In this document: one piece after another, positions 25,991-39,308 of the stretch
Layout of the letters: the number at the start of each line of letters is the position of its first letter
How positions within the stretch are numbered: position 1 is the stretch's first letter
Source: Camelus dromedarius
Taxonomy: Eukaryota
Assembly: GCF_036321535.1 (NCBI RefSeq)
Contig: NC_087437.1
Location: forward strand, 100,566,001 to 100,630,000
Reading direction: 5' to 3'
Length of the DNA: 64,000 nucleotides
Notes under the pieces: generated by a model
The model's input: the letters and a program-made list of their open reading frames with translations, nothing else
Told to the model about the DNA's origin: nothing
Databases searched by the model: none
Position numbers and translations under genes: made by a program

Positions 25991-28900
25991 CTGTATCTGA
26001 ATGTTCACCTTTTGGGGAGATTCTTTTGCCTCTTTCCCTTTGCATGAAACTTCAGTGTTACTGTAGTCTGTTCTTTTACCACCTCTTTGTGTCTGAGAAG
26101 TAAGCTCATTATCTTTGAAGTGCTGATTGCCCATGTTAGTATGAGTTCAGCTAGAGCTACCTAAAAGCAAGTTTGGCCCGCAGTGAGCATCTTGTTGTAA
26201 ATGACCAGCTTTGAAAGGTTCCTCTGTGAATCTAATCAATCTCTGTGAGAAGGGACATCTTGCATTGCTGCTTTCCAGGAAGCCGCCAGATGGCTCAAGG
26301 AAAAGCATCCTTATTTAAAATCCTTTCAGAGATGTCTGGGGAAAATGTTGTGGGCAAGTATTGAAACAAGATCAGCAAATTAAGTAGTGACTAAGGAAAG
26401 AATATCATTTAACTTACCTATCCCCAGCTGATCCTTCTCCTTGCTTCTGAGCAAGGAGAAGTCTGATTTACTGTCTCACCACAGTTCTTAAACTGTGATT
26501 TTTAATCCCTAAGAGCAGGCTACAAACACACCTCTTAACAAAACTTTAAACTATGTCTTGAGGATGAGATTATATTGCTATTATGGTTTTTGTTAAAGGA
26601 AGATAAATGGATGGTAACACAGTGCTTCTCAAATATAAACAAACTTTGGGTGATAAATTCTCAGTATGTGAGAGGTCATAAAAAGGATAGACAACAGTGA
26701 ATGGACTTATTTGAAGAAGGAAAAAGGGACTAGTGTTTGCTTCCCCTAAGGTTTTCATTGTTTCTTCTCCGGTCTTTAATGTGACCACATCAAAAGAGCT
26801 GGAGACGTTAAAAAGAATTGGGAGTGAGACAAATTCAATTCCATGAATAGAAATTTATAGGAAGTTTCCTGGTCCTGGCTAGATCAAACCACACCAATAA
26901 ATTCAGGGTCTTCCAAATGTGGAGCTGGATTACCCCAGAGATCAATGGGTAAGTGTACAGGGACCTATTTTTAAGGACATGGGCAAAGTAGAGAGAACTT
27001 ACATTTTCTCTATATTTTTCTCAAAAATGAGGAATCAAGAACATTTATCTTCTCTCAAAGGTGTAACCTAAACTTATCCTAAAAGCTTTGTTTATTTATT
27101 TGTTGTACTTTGAAGCCCATGAGTAGCTAAATACCTTATTTTCTTATAAATTGAACTTCTGTTCTTCAATGTGAAGAATTGAAGATATTATCAAATCTAT
27201 TTTATCGTGCTGGATGAGAGGTCAGAGTTTTAATTTATTCCCATTTTTGATCTGAAAGCAGTTTTCTCATGAGCTGAAGGGGGTTTGGGTAGTGGTTCTG
27301 AAACATGGATTCCCTAGAGTTCTGTTGTAGAGGTTTGATGCAGATGGACAAGCTGACCCGGAGGATTTGTCTGTGCTGTGCAGGGCGGGTGGCTCGCTGG
27401 CCATCTGTGAGTAATTATGCATAATATCGATACCTGGGCATGGGAGCTCTTTTACTGCGAGATGTGTCCGTAGAAAGGAAACTTTCAGAAAAACTGGAGG
27501 GGAGCCCAGCTTATAAAGTAGTATTTTTCCCCTGAAATACAAAAAGCTTTGAGAAAATAAATTACATTATCACGAGTATAGCAAGTAGTTAATAAATCTA
27601 GTGCGAATTGTTGTTGAGAAGTAACACATCCTTCATGAAAGGCAGTCAGCTAATCCTCAAAAGTGTCAACGAAAGGGTTTCCTTTGTTCATTCTTTTACT
27701 TAGTTGGATGTGCCAGGAATACCATTCCAGGAACCCATAGCTCTTTACTGCAGAGAGTATACCCCCGAATTGAGTTAGATAAAAACCATTCTAATTTGCT
27801 AATCTATTTGTCAAATAGAGTTTACTGTATTTACATTAAAAAAATGTCAGATTGGGAAAATTCCAGATGATGAGAACATCTCAGTCATCATCTTTCTGGC
27901 CAGAAAAACACCTCTTTCTCCTCCTTCTTCTCTGCCTTTGGCGTCTGCATCTTTTTACAGCTTCTCTCTAGTATCCAGCAGAAGGTGTGCCACCAGCCTG
28001 CTCCATCTCTCTTCTGTCCCTACTTCGGTTTCACCCGTTTATGACCTTTTGCATTAATACTCAGAGAAAGGCACCAGAAAAATAAAGAGTGTTTGGTTAA
28101 AATGAAATCACTTTAAATTTAATCTGTTAATGGCTTTTATTCTCCCATCAATAGAGACAACTTGCCAAAAAAATCACAAACATACACAATTATGGGAAAA
28201 TGTATTCAGAGTGCATAATCACACTCTGTTGTTCATCTTTGACTGAGAAAAGTATTTAATCAAGAGACTTGTTAAATCAGAGATTATACAAATTAACATA
28301 ACACTCATGTTTTGAAATTTCTTCAGGAGAGAAAAGCTACCTTTGAAGTTGAAATAAAATTTAAAAAATGTCTTTTTTTGTATCAAATCCATCTCATTTA
28401 GGGAATGATAGGTACACGTGTTTCGTATTTTACACGTGAATGACCTGCAAAAAGCTGTAACATGTATCTAAGCAGGAAAAATGATATTAAAAGTACAGAA
28501 AGAATATCTGTAAAATAAATTCACACACAGACACAAGCACAACACATGCATACTTAAATGTATACATGAAAGTGCCCAAACCAAAGAGAATTAATTTATT
28601 TCAGTTTAAAAACTAAAAGCCAACAATTTTGTGTATTAAGGAGTTTAGTGGGAGTGACCTGGCAGCTGTGCTATAGAGGGGACTGATTTTTTTTTTCCGA
28701 GTAAGTGGGTACCCTTCTTTGTGGACAGTATTGTCCTTTATGTAAGAATTAGTTTGTCTGTTTCAGTGTTTGTTTTAAAAAGGTTTATTTTGAATTGTTT
28801 GTTTCCAACAGGTTGAGGATTATTTCCAGACAAAGAATCCCTGGTTTAACTATCAGTGAATATCTGTAAACACTGCCAAAACCTCACTTTCCCTGTGATC

Positions 28901-29299
28901 TAACATAATCAATGTCTGTCTGGAAATCTTAGAGAACTTTGGTTTGCACGATCTATTTCTGATTTGCTTGATCTATTTTGATCAAGTTAACCAGATACCT
29001 GACACCTACCATTTTTAACATGAGCCAGTGGTGCCACAGATGTGTTAGGTCTGCAACTGCTAGTTTCTGTCTTGTCCTGTTTAGTTTTTTCCTGTGTTAC
29101 ATTTAGGCAAATGAAATAGAAGCCAAGAACATCTGGCAACAATCAGTAAACAACAGTTTGAAAATTTCTGCTTCATTTAGACTCATACTTCAGAAAAGAC
29201 TATTCATAGAATAATTAAATTTACATTTTAATTTCATCTGGAAAGTTCGTGTACATGAGACCTCTAAAGCTACAAATTCCCCATTTACTTTGTTATTGT

Positions 29300-29980
29300 C
29301 CTCATTTAGCAATAATTTTACAGACTCCGTTCTCCTCAAAACATACCCATCCAGTCTCCAGACATACAGATTTCCTCCTAAAACATAAAATGGAAACTCT
29401 TGTCACTCTAGTTTATAAACCTCCAAAGTCTTCCAATGGTGTGCTGAAAAAATTCACGCTCCCTAGGTTCAAGTTCAGCCTTCACCGTATGCTGGGATCC
29501 AGCTGGTCTCACCTCGATCTCATCTCTTCACACTCTGTGTAGTCTGACCACAGCTTTCTATTTCACTGTATGTACTTTTTCTTTGCTTCCTCTTCTCCTT
29601 CTCCTCCTCCATCTCTGTTTCCCTTTCTCTCTTCCCCTCCCCCTTCTTCCGTCTATCATTGTTATTATTTTTAAAAAACTTTATTGATGGATTATGGAAT
29701 CTTCAAATTCACCTCTGTCACTCCCTCCCCCATTACAACAAATTGCTACTTCCTTTGGGCTTCTGTCGTACACTGTTTAAACCCTCATGATGCAGGGTAT
29801 AACTTACAGATGGTTGCTCATCGCTTTCTTCTAGATTCTGAGTTTCTTGAGCACAGGACCCACCTCTTATTCACCATTGTATCTCAGTGCCTAGCATAAT
29901 GGTGTTGTGAGAGGAATTTCTTATTAAAAAGGAACACAATAAAAATTAGTAGAGGGACAAAAAGAATGAATACATGAAAG
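29300..29980 (+). mobile_element. LINE-2 3' fragments
   Basis: ctagattctgagtttcttgagcacaggacc...gtatctcagtgcctagca and gaatgaat tail. Confidence 0.7.
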
Positions 29981-31585
29981 ACCCAGGGTCATCTTGTTAT
30001 AAAGAGAAAAAAATTGAATTGTGTGACCAAGACACCTCAAATTTAAAATTACTTAATTATTCTATTTAATGACAACTCTGAATGGCTATCAAGGGAAGCT
30101 CAGATTATTAAAAAAAAAACAAAAAACAAAAACCAAAAAACATTTGGGAGACTGGTTTTGGAAACAGAAAACTGGACTGGATGGATTGTAGTTCTGATGC
30201 AATATGAGAATTCCTAGTTCTTGTATCCACCAATATTAAAATATAATTTCTTAAACATTTTAATATTCTGTGTGTTTTGTGGATTTTGTATCTGCATATC
30301 TGTAGTTATCCGGCTCTGATCTGGTGAGAAATGGCATTCACAGTCTCGGGCAATATACTTAGGGCGTAGGCTTACAACTCTAGTCTGAGTTAAACTTAGG
30401 GGGCCCTGAAGCAAGTGTTGTTCATTCCCAGCAGTGATTGTAGAAATACAATCCAAAGTAGGGCTGCAACGGGTGTCACTGAGAAGAGGAGAAATTCGAA
30501 GGAGTACACGGGACTTGGGTTACCAGGGGCAGGAAGAAAGAAAAAATATTTACCTCCCAATATTTCTTACAGTGTAAAAAGGACTTCTGATTGACCTATT
30601 CAGGTAGAGGGTGGTTGAGTCCTCAACTTGTCTTGCTCTTATTTCTCAAGTCACCTCAACCACAGGAAAAATGCTAAAAGCATGGATTCTAATCAAGACC
30701 TACGGGACTGGGTGTAAGCCTCTGAATTGGTTGCTCTGCTTGTTCATTGTTTTCTTTATGTGCTGCAACTCCAGAATTGCCTCACAGGCTTTTCCCATCA
30801 TCTTGTGTAGAGTCAGGGTAATTCGCTTTATTGAGAGGAGAAAAGGACCTCAAGCACAGTGATTCCTTAGGTGATCAGCTCCTCTTAGCAACTCCTTGGA
30901 GCCTCTATTGCTGCCGATTTCCGTTTGCTCCAGTGTCTGGTGATGCAAAAAGTCCCCCAGATGCCCCTTTGCCTTCAGTAGTGAACAGAAGCTTCTTCAT
31001 GTGGCTGGCAGATAACTGTAGCTTCTTTTGATCATGGAAGTTTTATTTCTTCAACTATTGAGATATTTATGCCAAAGAGTTGAACTAGGACACTCTTAGT
31101 GTGGTGCACTTGTTAATGATACAGGTGAGTCATTTTTCAGTGACTACAAACCTAAGGTCCAAAGAGGAGTCCTATCCTTTTACTTTTCTGTACATAAAAA
31201 ATACTTGTCTTCCTGGCTCATCCTACAGTGTCCTCTCTTTTGTGAGTTACCTTATTCCAGCTTTAGGGTGTCTACATTTTTGCCCTTAATTTCTCATCAT
31301 AGTTTCTCTCTAGGAGCCTGGATTTTCTTATGCAACTAGGGCCTCTTAGATTTACCTCAAGGTCTAAGATTTGCTGAGCTGAACGAGCCCAGTAGGTTCC
31401 ACTGTGTTCTTCAAGATGCCTTCTACCCATTAACGGTGTTATTGCTACTTGTGACCACACCTCTCCTTTCAACAGGAGATGAATGGTTGGGATTTGGAGA
31501 AGAGAGAAAGAAAAAGGAGTGCAAAGACAGTCTTCATCCTTTCCGAAACTGGAGTCTTTCAGAAACACATTTCTAGTGGTCCAGG

Positions 31586-32199
31586 TGAGATAGGAGGGAA
31601 GGAGGCAGGGCACAGCCATTAAAAGAATGACATAGCAATTAGCACCAAGGTGGTGGAAGGTTCTACTCCCAGTAAACCTTGAGCTTCAATATACACTCAT
31701 TGAAATACAATAGCATGCTAAATGGTATGCCCGCAGGTGCCAGGACAGTTTTAAGGCTGACCACAAAAGGTCAAAGGGTAGGTGATGGCCAATTCCTGGG
31801 AATCCCACTCCCCTAAAGTAGTTAGAATAATCCTCCCACTTGTTAGCATATGAGGTTCCAGAGCCCATAAAAACTAGCAACATGGTGCCTCGCGGCCACT
31901 CTCCCTTCTGAAGGACATGGACCACACTCCGTCTATGGGGTGTGTATATATTTCTACTTTAAACTGAGCACCCAACCCCGATACCTCTTGGCCTTTCTCT
32001 TGCCTTCTAAAACAACCTGCACTCTGTCTATGGAGTGTGTATCTCTCTGAATAAATCTAGCTTTAGTCAACTGTGGCTCACTCTTGAATTCTTTCCTGAG
32101 TGAAGCCAAGGACCCACACTTGGTGGGGAGCATCCCAGGGACTCAGCCGAAACCTGGGGCACTGCCATCCTCTCGCCCCACATTCTTTTTCCTGTATCA
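31586..32199 (+). mobile_element. ERV1-class solo LTR (614 bp)
   Basis: TG...CA ends with imperfect terminal inverted repeat (tgagatagga / tcctgtatca); perfect 4-bp TSD cagg (31582-31585, 32200-32203); TATA-like cataaaa ~31866; AATAAA 32050-32055. Confidence 0.9.
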
Positions 32200-32507
32200 C
32201 AGGATCAGTCAATCAATTAATCAATCAGTATTCAAATATTTAAGGACTGTTTGTTACTGTGAGCCCAACAATTGCCGTTTCTTTACAGAGCAGAATCATA
32301 GCAGGACCAACGCCTACCTTGTTGCTTGACACAAGTTAGATGGTCACTTAACTGCATCCAAGTCCCTTCAGAACTCATTCATGGACTAATGGTCTTTGTT
32401 AAAACAATGTTTGTCCTGCACCGTTACAGGAATTTTTCTGAAAATCTCTATATTTTCCAGTAGCAATGTTAGGCAGCATTCATTGCTGAATTCCTGCATC
32501 ATGAGGT

Positions 32508-33318
32508 TCTGATATTGTGATTTATAATAAGAACAGGACAGTTTTAAGGTCCTTGTCCCCATTTCTGGCACAGAGCTCTCAAAACCCTTGGAATTTCCTA
32601 AGTGAGGAGGGTGATAAAGATGTCTTTTGTTGTTAATGAGGTGACTTCTGGAAAGCCCCTAGGTTACTGTAGGATGGGGACTGGTTGCCAAGGGAACCAA
32701 CCACAACTAGAGGGTTGGAACTTCCATTCCCACCCTTTGATTTCCAGGGAGGGAAGAGAGGCTGAGAATTGAATGAATCACCAATGGCCAGTGATGTAAT
32801 CAATCATGTCTTTATAAGAAAGCATTCATAAAAATCCAAAAGGACGGGATTCTGAGGGCTTCTGGGTTGGTGAACATTATGAGAGAGTGGCAGGATTAGA
32901 GAGTATAGAAGCTGGGTGCCCCTTCCTGCGTACTTTGCTGTATGTGTCTCTTCATTTCGCTGTTGATTTGTATCCTTTAATATCCTTTGTCATAAACTGG
33001 CAATCTTGTAAGTAGGTTCCTGAGTCCTGTGAGCCACTCTCACAAATCATTCAGACCCACAGAGGGGGTCTTGGGAACCTCTGATTTATAGTTGACCAGA
33101 AGCACAGGTGATAACCTGGACTTGTGACTGGCATCTCAGGGTGGGCGGTGGGCAGTCTTGTGGGACTGAGGCCATAATCTGTGGGATCTGATGCAATCTC
33201 TGTGTCAATAGTGTCAGAATTGGGTTGAACTGTATGACACCCAACTGGTGTTGGAAAACTGCTTGGTGTGGGGAATCCCTTCCCTCCTCCCCCAACATTG
33301 GACTTGGTCCCAGAACCC
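32508..33318 (+). mobile_element. MER21-like LTR
   Basis: gatattgtgatttataataagaa...ctggcacagagctctcaaaacccttggaatttcct, tcaccaatggccagtgatgtaatcaatcatg, cagtcttgtgggactgag, atagtgtcagaattg. Confidence 0.88.
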
Positions 33319-36300
33319 TTGGGGGCCACTCTGTCTTCTGCTCTGGTCTGTTGGGAATGTGTGTTTTCTCTCAAGCATTGACAGTTGTTTGTGTCACATG
33401 AGGGAGTGATAGAGCCTCCTCCATACACCTGCCTGCTCTCAGGGACCTTTCCATAGTTGTCTCCCCTGCTACTTAAGGTCAGGGGTTTATCCATATTCCT
33501 GATCATTCATGCTTCTTTTAGTATTAATAGCATGTCTTTTTCTGTGATCCACTGTCTCCTCTCCGTACATACAGTGGCTTTGTATGGAACTCAAAGATGT
33601 CATGCGTATCTTTTTATTACACGTAGTACTTCCTTGGCAGGTGGTTTCTTCCTCCTTTGCATAAAAGGTAGCTTGCAATTGATGTGTTTCATTTGTGATT
33701 GGTCCTAGTTCCAAACTGTGAGAAGTAGATAATTCCTTTAATGAAGGAAACCTATAGTTTCCTTTATTAAAAATTCGATTCCCCTAGTTCTTTCTCCTTA
33801 TAGGTTTAGAACCCCTATGTTCCAAAACCCCTCTGCCAGTAGGCACAGTATACCTCAGCCTGCTGAAAACACACATTGATAGATCTAGTTCCAGCTTTAA
33901 ATGCCATTTTCAGGAATTTGCCTTCAGAGGCGCAGTCAGGGCAGACATTCAGGGTTGGGCACCTGTCTTCTGTTGCTTGTTTTTGAATGAAGCTCAGATG
34001 CTCCTGAACCCCACACGTGGGTTGGGATCTTGGTAGCTGTGCCTGGCCCAGTGCTGCACATTCTGCCTGCCTGTCTCCTTGCAGTGTTCAGTCACCTCTC
34101 CTGTATTCCTTATTATTGTCTGGGTTTCCCTATACACTTACCAGGATACCATTCTGCTTCTTGGATCATTTGTGTTGGCTGTATGCCTCAATGATTATAT
34201 TTGAATCATGTGTCTCACCTATTGAACTCTCTGTTATCAGCCACCTTATACCTTAACCCTAACTACCCCAACCCCCTAACCATCCTCTCATTCTAGAGGA
34301 TGGCTCACATTTAAGAGTCATTGCTTTCTCCTCATAGCCTAGTTGTCTTATAAGTATTCTTCGAAGCCTTTTTTTTTTTTAAATCAGAGATACAACATAG
34401 AATACATTATTGGTACCTGTTGTTGAGTACCATTTCTATGAGACTATTATTTATCATATTTATTCTGACAAAACTGGGGTCAACTTAATGAAGGAAGACC
34501 TGGGCTTTGTCAGTCTTTGAATTCTCCCTCTCCCTTTCTCCAGGGCCTAGCGCAGTGATAAACACATGGTGAACACCTGACAGACATTTACCAAATGGTA
34601 ACCAATGGAGTCAGCACAGAGTTCATTTGGAATCTCTCACCACGTAGGACATTTGTCTTAGATGGAAGAGAAAATCTTTATCTTATTCTCAGTGATGATT
34701 CCTGTGCACCTGGTGCTTGTGTTATTTCAGAACTCTGATTGTTGCTGAGTGCTTTTCAACTTTAGAAATCAAAAGACCTTTAGGAATAAGGGTTCTTTAT
34801 GCTTCAGAGTACGTGGCTTGCCAGAAACCATCAATGGTGTTGTAATAACTACTCAGAAAATTACATATAGTCCAAGACTGTGGACACCTAGGCTATCTGT
34901 TTAAGTTGCTTCTTTTAATAGTGTCAGTTGATTCTTTTGCTCAACATAATTAAATGAAGCTGTTGCCCCCCCTGAAATCTTCCAATTCATAGGTCGAAAG
35001 CATAAATAAGTTGCTTTAAATGTCAAAGTCTTGGGTAATTTTCTTCTCATATTTGTTTTATCTTAAACATGTATTTGTGATTTCTCAGTTAAATTTTTCA
35101 TATTGAAGGAGAGAACAGTGAATATGAAGGACAAAAATTAAAAGGAAAATGTGAAGTAAAGAGAAGGAGGAGAAAGAATATGCTAAGATTGCATTATGAA
35201 TACCATTCAAAATACCAGCTATCTATATAAAAATGTTATATGAAATACATCTGCAAGCCACTCACAGAACTAGTGACTCTTCAGCTTAAATGCTAAGTTA
35301 AGTTTTTATTAGGAAATACATACTGGCTTGTATTCCATTTTACTTTTTGAGAAAATTCTAGCTTTTTTTATATACAAATCTTATGATGAAAAGATTAAAG
35401 TTAACTATTTAAATACATCATTGTTTTGTGAGCAAATTAGAAAAAAATGCAAAAATGGCTTTTCCTTCCTTCTTCCTAAATTCTGGAGATACAGTATGGT
35501 ATTTTGAATAACAGTATATGATACCTAGCAGAGTTCTTTAAAGCGTTAATATAATATTAAATCTAGACTATGGATTTTGATGTCCTAAAGGTGGATGCAA
35601 CCTTATGGTTTCTTAATTTTTAATATCTAGAGAATTCTTGGGATCTACTGTTTGGGCCTCACATGAATTTAACCTTCTTTCCATTTGCTGCGTGTTTTTA
35701 TCTGGAGAGACTTTTGCGAGAGTAACACTCCTGGTCTCTTGTCCCACCCGCCATGCATTTCCGTACATGAGATGAAGTGAGTCTCTTAATTGATAAGTGG
35801 CATCTGGGTCTGTTTGCTCTGTTGGACCTTGGAGATTAACTATCTTTTTCTTCTCACATTGCCCTAGGCCAGTGTGAGTGACCAGTTTTGGGCAAATGCA
35901 ACTATTTTTCTTTGGTGGACTGTATAGGTGTGTCTGTATAGGTAGTGGTGGTGTGGGAGCAGAGACGACCGTAAGCCTTTTAACCACAGAACTAAATTTA
36001 CATTTCCCAATCAGCTTGTAAAAATAAAGCCAACATTTTCATTTCCATCTATTTGTCTTCTCTGTCTTATTTCCCAATTTGCTCCAAAATCAACAGGAGG
36101 AGACAGGAATTCTGCCAGATTTCAACATTTACTGTAATAAAGTAGATGTGTGGGATGCTACCATCCGTTTCATAAATGATGTAGTGAATAATGCCTCACT
36201 TAAAGAGAATCAAACTTTTTCTGGAATGTTAATTCACTCATTCAGACCAAGACATGCCTGTCCAATGGCATTACTGGTACTTGTCCAGAAGTTTAAGATC

Positions 36301-38639
36301 CTTAGCCATCTTCTAAGGATTCTGTCCCAAGAAATACACAAACTTCTTGTGAAGTTACTGAAATACATCCTGGGCAAAGCAGCACTTAGGAATTATTGAG
36401 AGTCTTCTCTTTATCCCCATCTTCTTCTCCTCCTTCTTCCTCTTTCCTTTTTGTCAAGCTGTAGCTAGGGAAATGTCAAGTTAAGGGATGGGTTGGGGAA
36501 ATATATGTAGGGTAGACTCAGATAAAATACACATTTAATAAATGTAATGAGAAATAACAGTGGCCTATCTGCTCCTCTGCCCCACAGCGAGATTCTTCCA
36601 GGAATAGATGCACTTTGTTTCCATTTTTATTTCTCATTATGGCTGCCATATACTGTCCTCCCCATCTCATACCATTTTGAATTTTTCTAAAGTCTTTGAG
36701 AAATAAATACTGTTTTTGGAAAACAAAAACAACAACAACAACAAACAGATATGATGAACCAAAATAACAATTATATAAATAACCTGAGTAGTAGGGAATC
36801 AAGTGGGCTGAATGCCTCTCTGGTCTATAGAATTTTTGGTATAAACACAACTTTTTGAAATAAGACTATCAATATCTTCTACTTGAGCAATCCACTGGAA
36901 AAGGAAACAAATTTTACTTTTTGATAAAATTGTCTTTATGAAAATTGGTTTTAAAGTCTTGAAATTGGGGTAATCTTATATTTTATGGCAGACATTTGAA
37001 GATTATTTTGGTAAAAGACACACCAGAAGAGATAATTCCTTGCAAAACAAACATCTTTAATCACTAATGAAAGGCTCATTAATGAGTCAATAGATGTAGG
37101 GAATAATTGCATCAGGAGACTAGGAATTGCCAAATATCAAACGATTTTATAGAGAAGATACATTACTGTTGAGGCAGCCAAAATGTCCTTTTAATATATA
37201 GAGAGGGTCTGTTCTATTAATTGTTCGACTGCCATTTGAAGTTGTGTTTAGGAAGACCAGTGACATTTTCTTCATGTTAGTTAACATGAAATACATGTTA
37301 ATAGATTATAGATATGTTATTATTCTTAAAGATTTAAACTCAACTCTTAAAAAAAGAGACAATAAGGTCATTAAAACAGAAACATAAACTAAAAGGAAAA
37401 TTTAGAAGAAATACATTTACCCAAACCTAGGTTTTCCATTGTATCTAGGAAAGCAATCTAATTGCTTTAAAATGTCCTACAAAGCCTTGCAATAACTGAC
37501 TCCTGCTTAATTTCTTAATCATACCAGTTTTTTGTTTTAACTTTATACATCACATTATTGGCACACTGGCCACTTTTCAGATTTTCAAAGGCCCCAAGGC
37601 CTTTAATCCAGTGTTCCTTATGCAGTATTCTGCCAGGAGCACCCCTCCTCGTCTTCACTATTTCCTGGGGAACTCCCTATCCTTTGAGGGCTAGTGTCAT
37701 CTCCTTAATGAGGTCTTCTCTTCCCACACTCACGTGGCTTCCTTGCTCCAACATCCAAAAATTATGGTCAGTCATTAATCAATTCAAGGGACACAAAGGG
37801 TCCTCAGTCTTTACACTCCTTATTAGAACCCTAAACAACTCAACAAATATTTTGACTATTTATGAAAGTTTGAGTACAAATTTTAAAATAATTTTGAATC
37901 ATGAATGATCCTCAAACTTAATATAATGAGATGTATTTTCACAGAGCCCATGTTATATTCTGTCATCTAAAGTTTCTGTGAGAGATGGACTTTTGTTAAC
38001 TTGACAAAATTGTGAAACTGACAGATTAAAAGTAAAATTTTACTTACTGTTTTTTAAGCGTCTATACTTTTGGTTAGAAATCTGGAAAAGGGGTGTGTAG
38101 GTAATTGATCCTTTTTATTTTAATCATAGCAATGTATTATTTCAGGAATTTCAGAGCCAAGTTTAAGGCCAAACGTAACACCAATACTCACCATTCATTC
38201 AACAGATATTAATTGAGCACCTTTCATGTGTCAATGAGAAACTGACCGAATCTCTGAAAATCAGTTCTCCTGTTAATCAATTCATCTAATAATCAAATTC
38301 ACCAAATTCAACCAGCTCGCCAAGTTCAAAAGTTACTGGTAATGGTTTCCTGCCAGCTCTTTAGCCATGAGGTTGTCGGAGTGCACTCTGCACTATAATA
38401 TTCGACATTAGAATTTGGTAGATTGTCTTCATTTGTTCAGCTTGACTGCTATACTGTTATCCTTAATTACTCCTTCTACTCTTTAGACTGTTTGTTCAGA
38501 TATATTCTCTTAAAATAATTTATTAAAATTATTTCAAATTTTATTTTTGTCATTCAGTTTCTAAGAAGGTCAGTGTAAACTTGAAATAGTAAGAACATCC
38601 TCTTCTTTCATCTACGTTGTTGGGAAGCACTGTTAGTGC

Positions 38640-38700
38640 TTGTGTGACGTCAGGCCTGACTTGTATGGGATAGTTCCTGGAAATGGTTTCTAGGAAGATT
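38640..38700. promoter_or_regulatory. Candidate enhancer: palindromic CRE plus tandem GAS/STAT5 motifs
   Basis: TGACGTCA 38645-38652; TTCCTGGAA 38674-38682; TTCTAGGAA 38688-38696. Confidence 0.4.
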
Positions 38701-39049
38701 TAAATCACTGCGATCAGTTTTGTCATAGAAACCTTCATTGCTTTGTGCAGCCACCTATGGATAGAGGGATTGGAACAGTGTTTCCTCAGTTTGGGATTGC
38801 AACCTTCAGAAAACTTTACAGGAGACTGTGGAAGAGGGGACTAAGATAGATTAAGCACTTTCTACATGTTTTCACATTTATTAAACCATTTATTCATTTC
38901 TCAACCTGTCAGGGAGCTAGCATTGTCCCCAGTTTATAGATGAGCAAGCTAAAGTTTGAGGAGATTGAAGATGTTGGCTCACCTTTTTTTCCCCTTAGTT
39001 CTTTACACTTTGCCATTTTGTATGTGCCAGAAATAGCAAGAGATACATC

Positions 39050-39308
39050 TCAGAGCCACCAAGAGTATGTTGAATCCTCATGCTTGGAATTTCCTTTGCC
39101 TTCCTCATCTTATTCCAGCTGGAGAATATTCTCCACTCTGAAGGGCTCATGAGATTAGATTGGGCTGTCCCAGGTAATTCAGAATAATCTTTTTTTAATT
39201 TAGAGCCTGTAACCTTAATTACAGCTACAATTTTGCTGGTAATGTAACATATTCATAGGTTCCAAGATTAGGAAATGGATATTTTGGGGGGACTGTTGCC
39301 TACCATAG
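39050..39308 (-). mobile_element. MaLR LTR (MLT1D/E-like) fragment
   Basis: aagggctcatgagattagattgggc...gtaacatattcataggttcc...gcctacca. Confidence 0.75.

Noticed and set aside
33051..33506. 151-aa minus-strand ORF
   Set aside because: Largely antisense to the MER21-like LTR; no recognisable product
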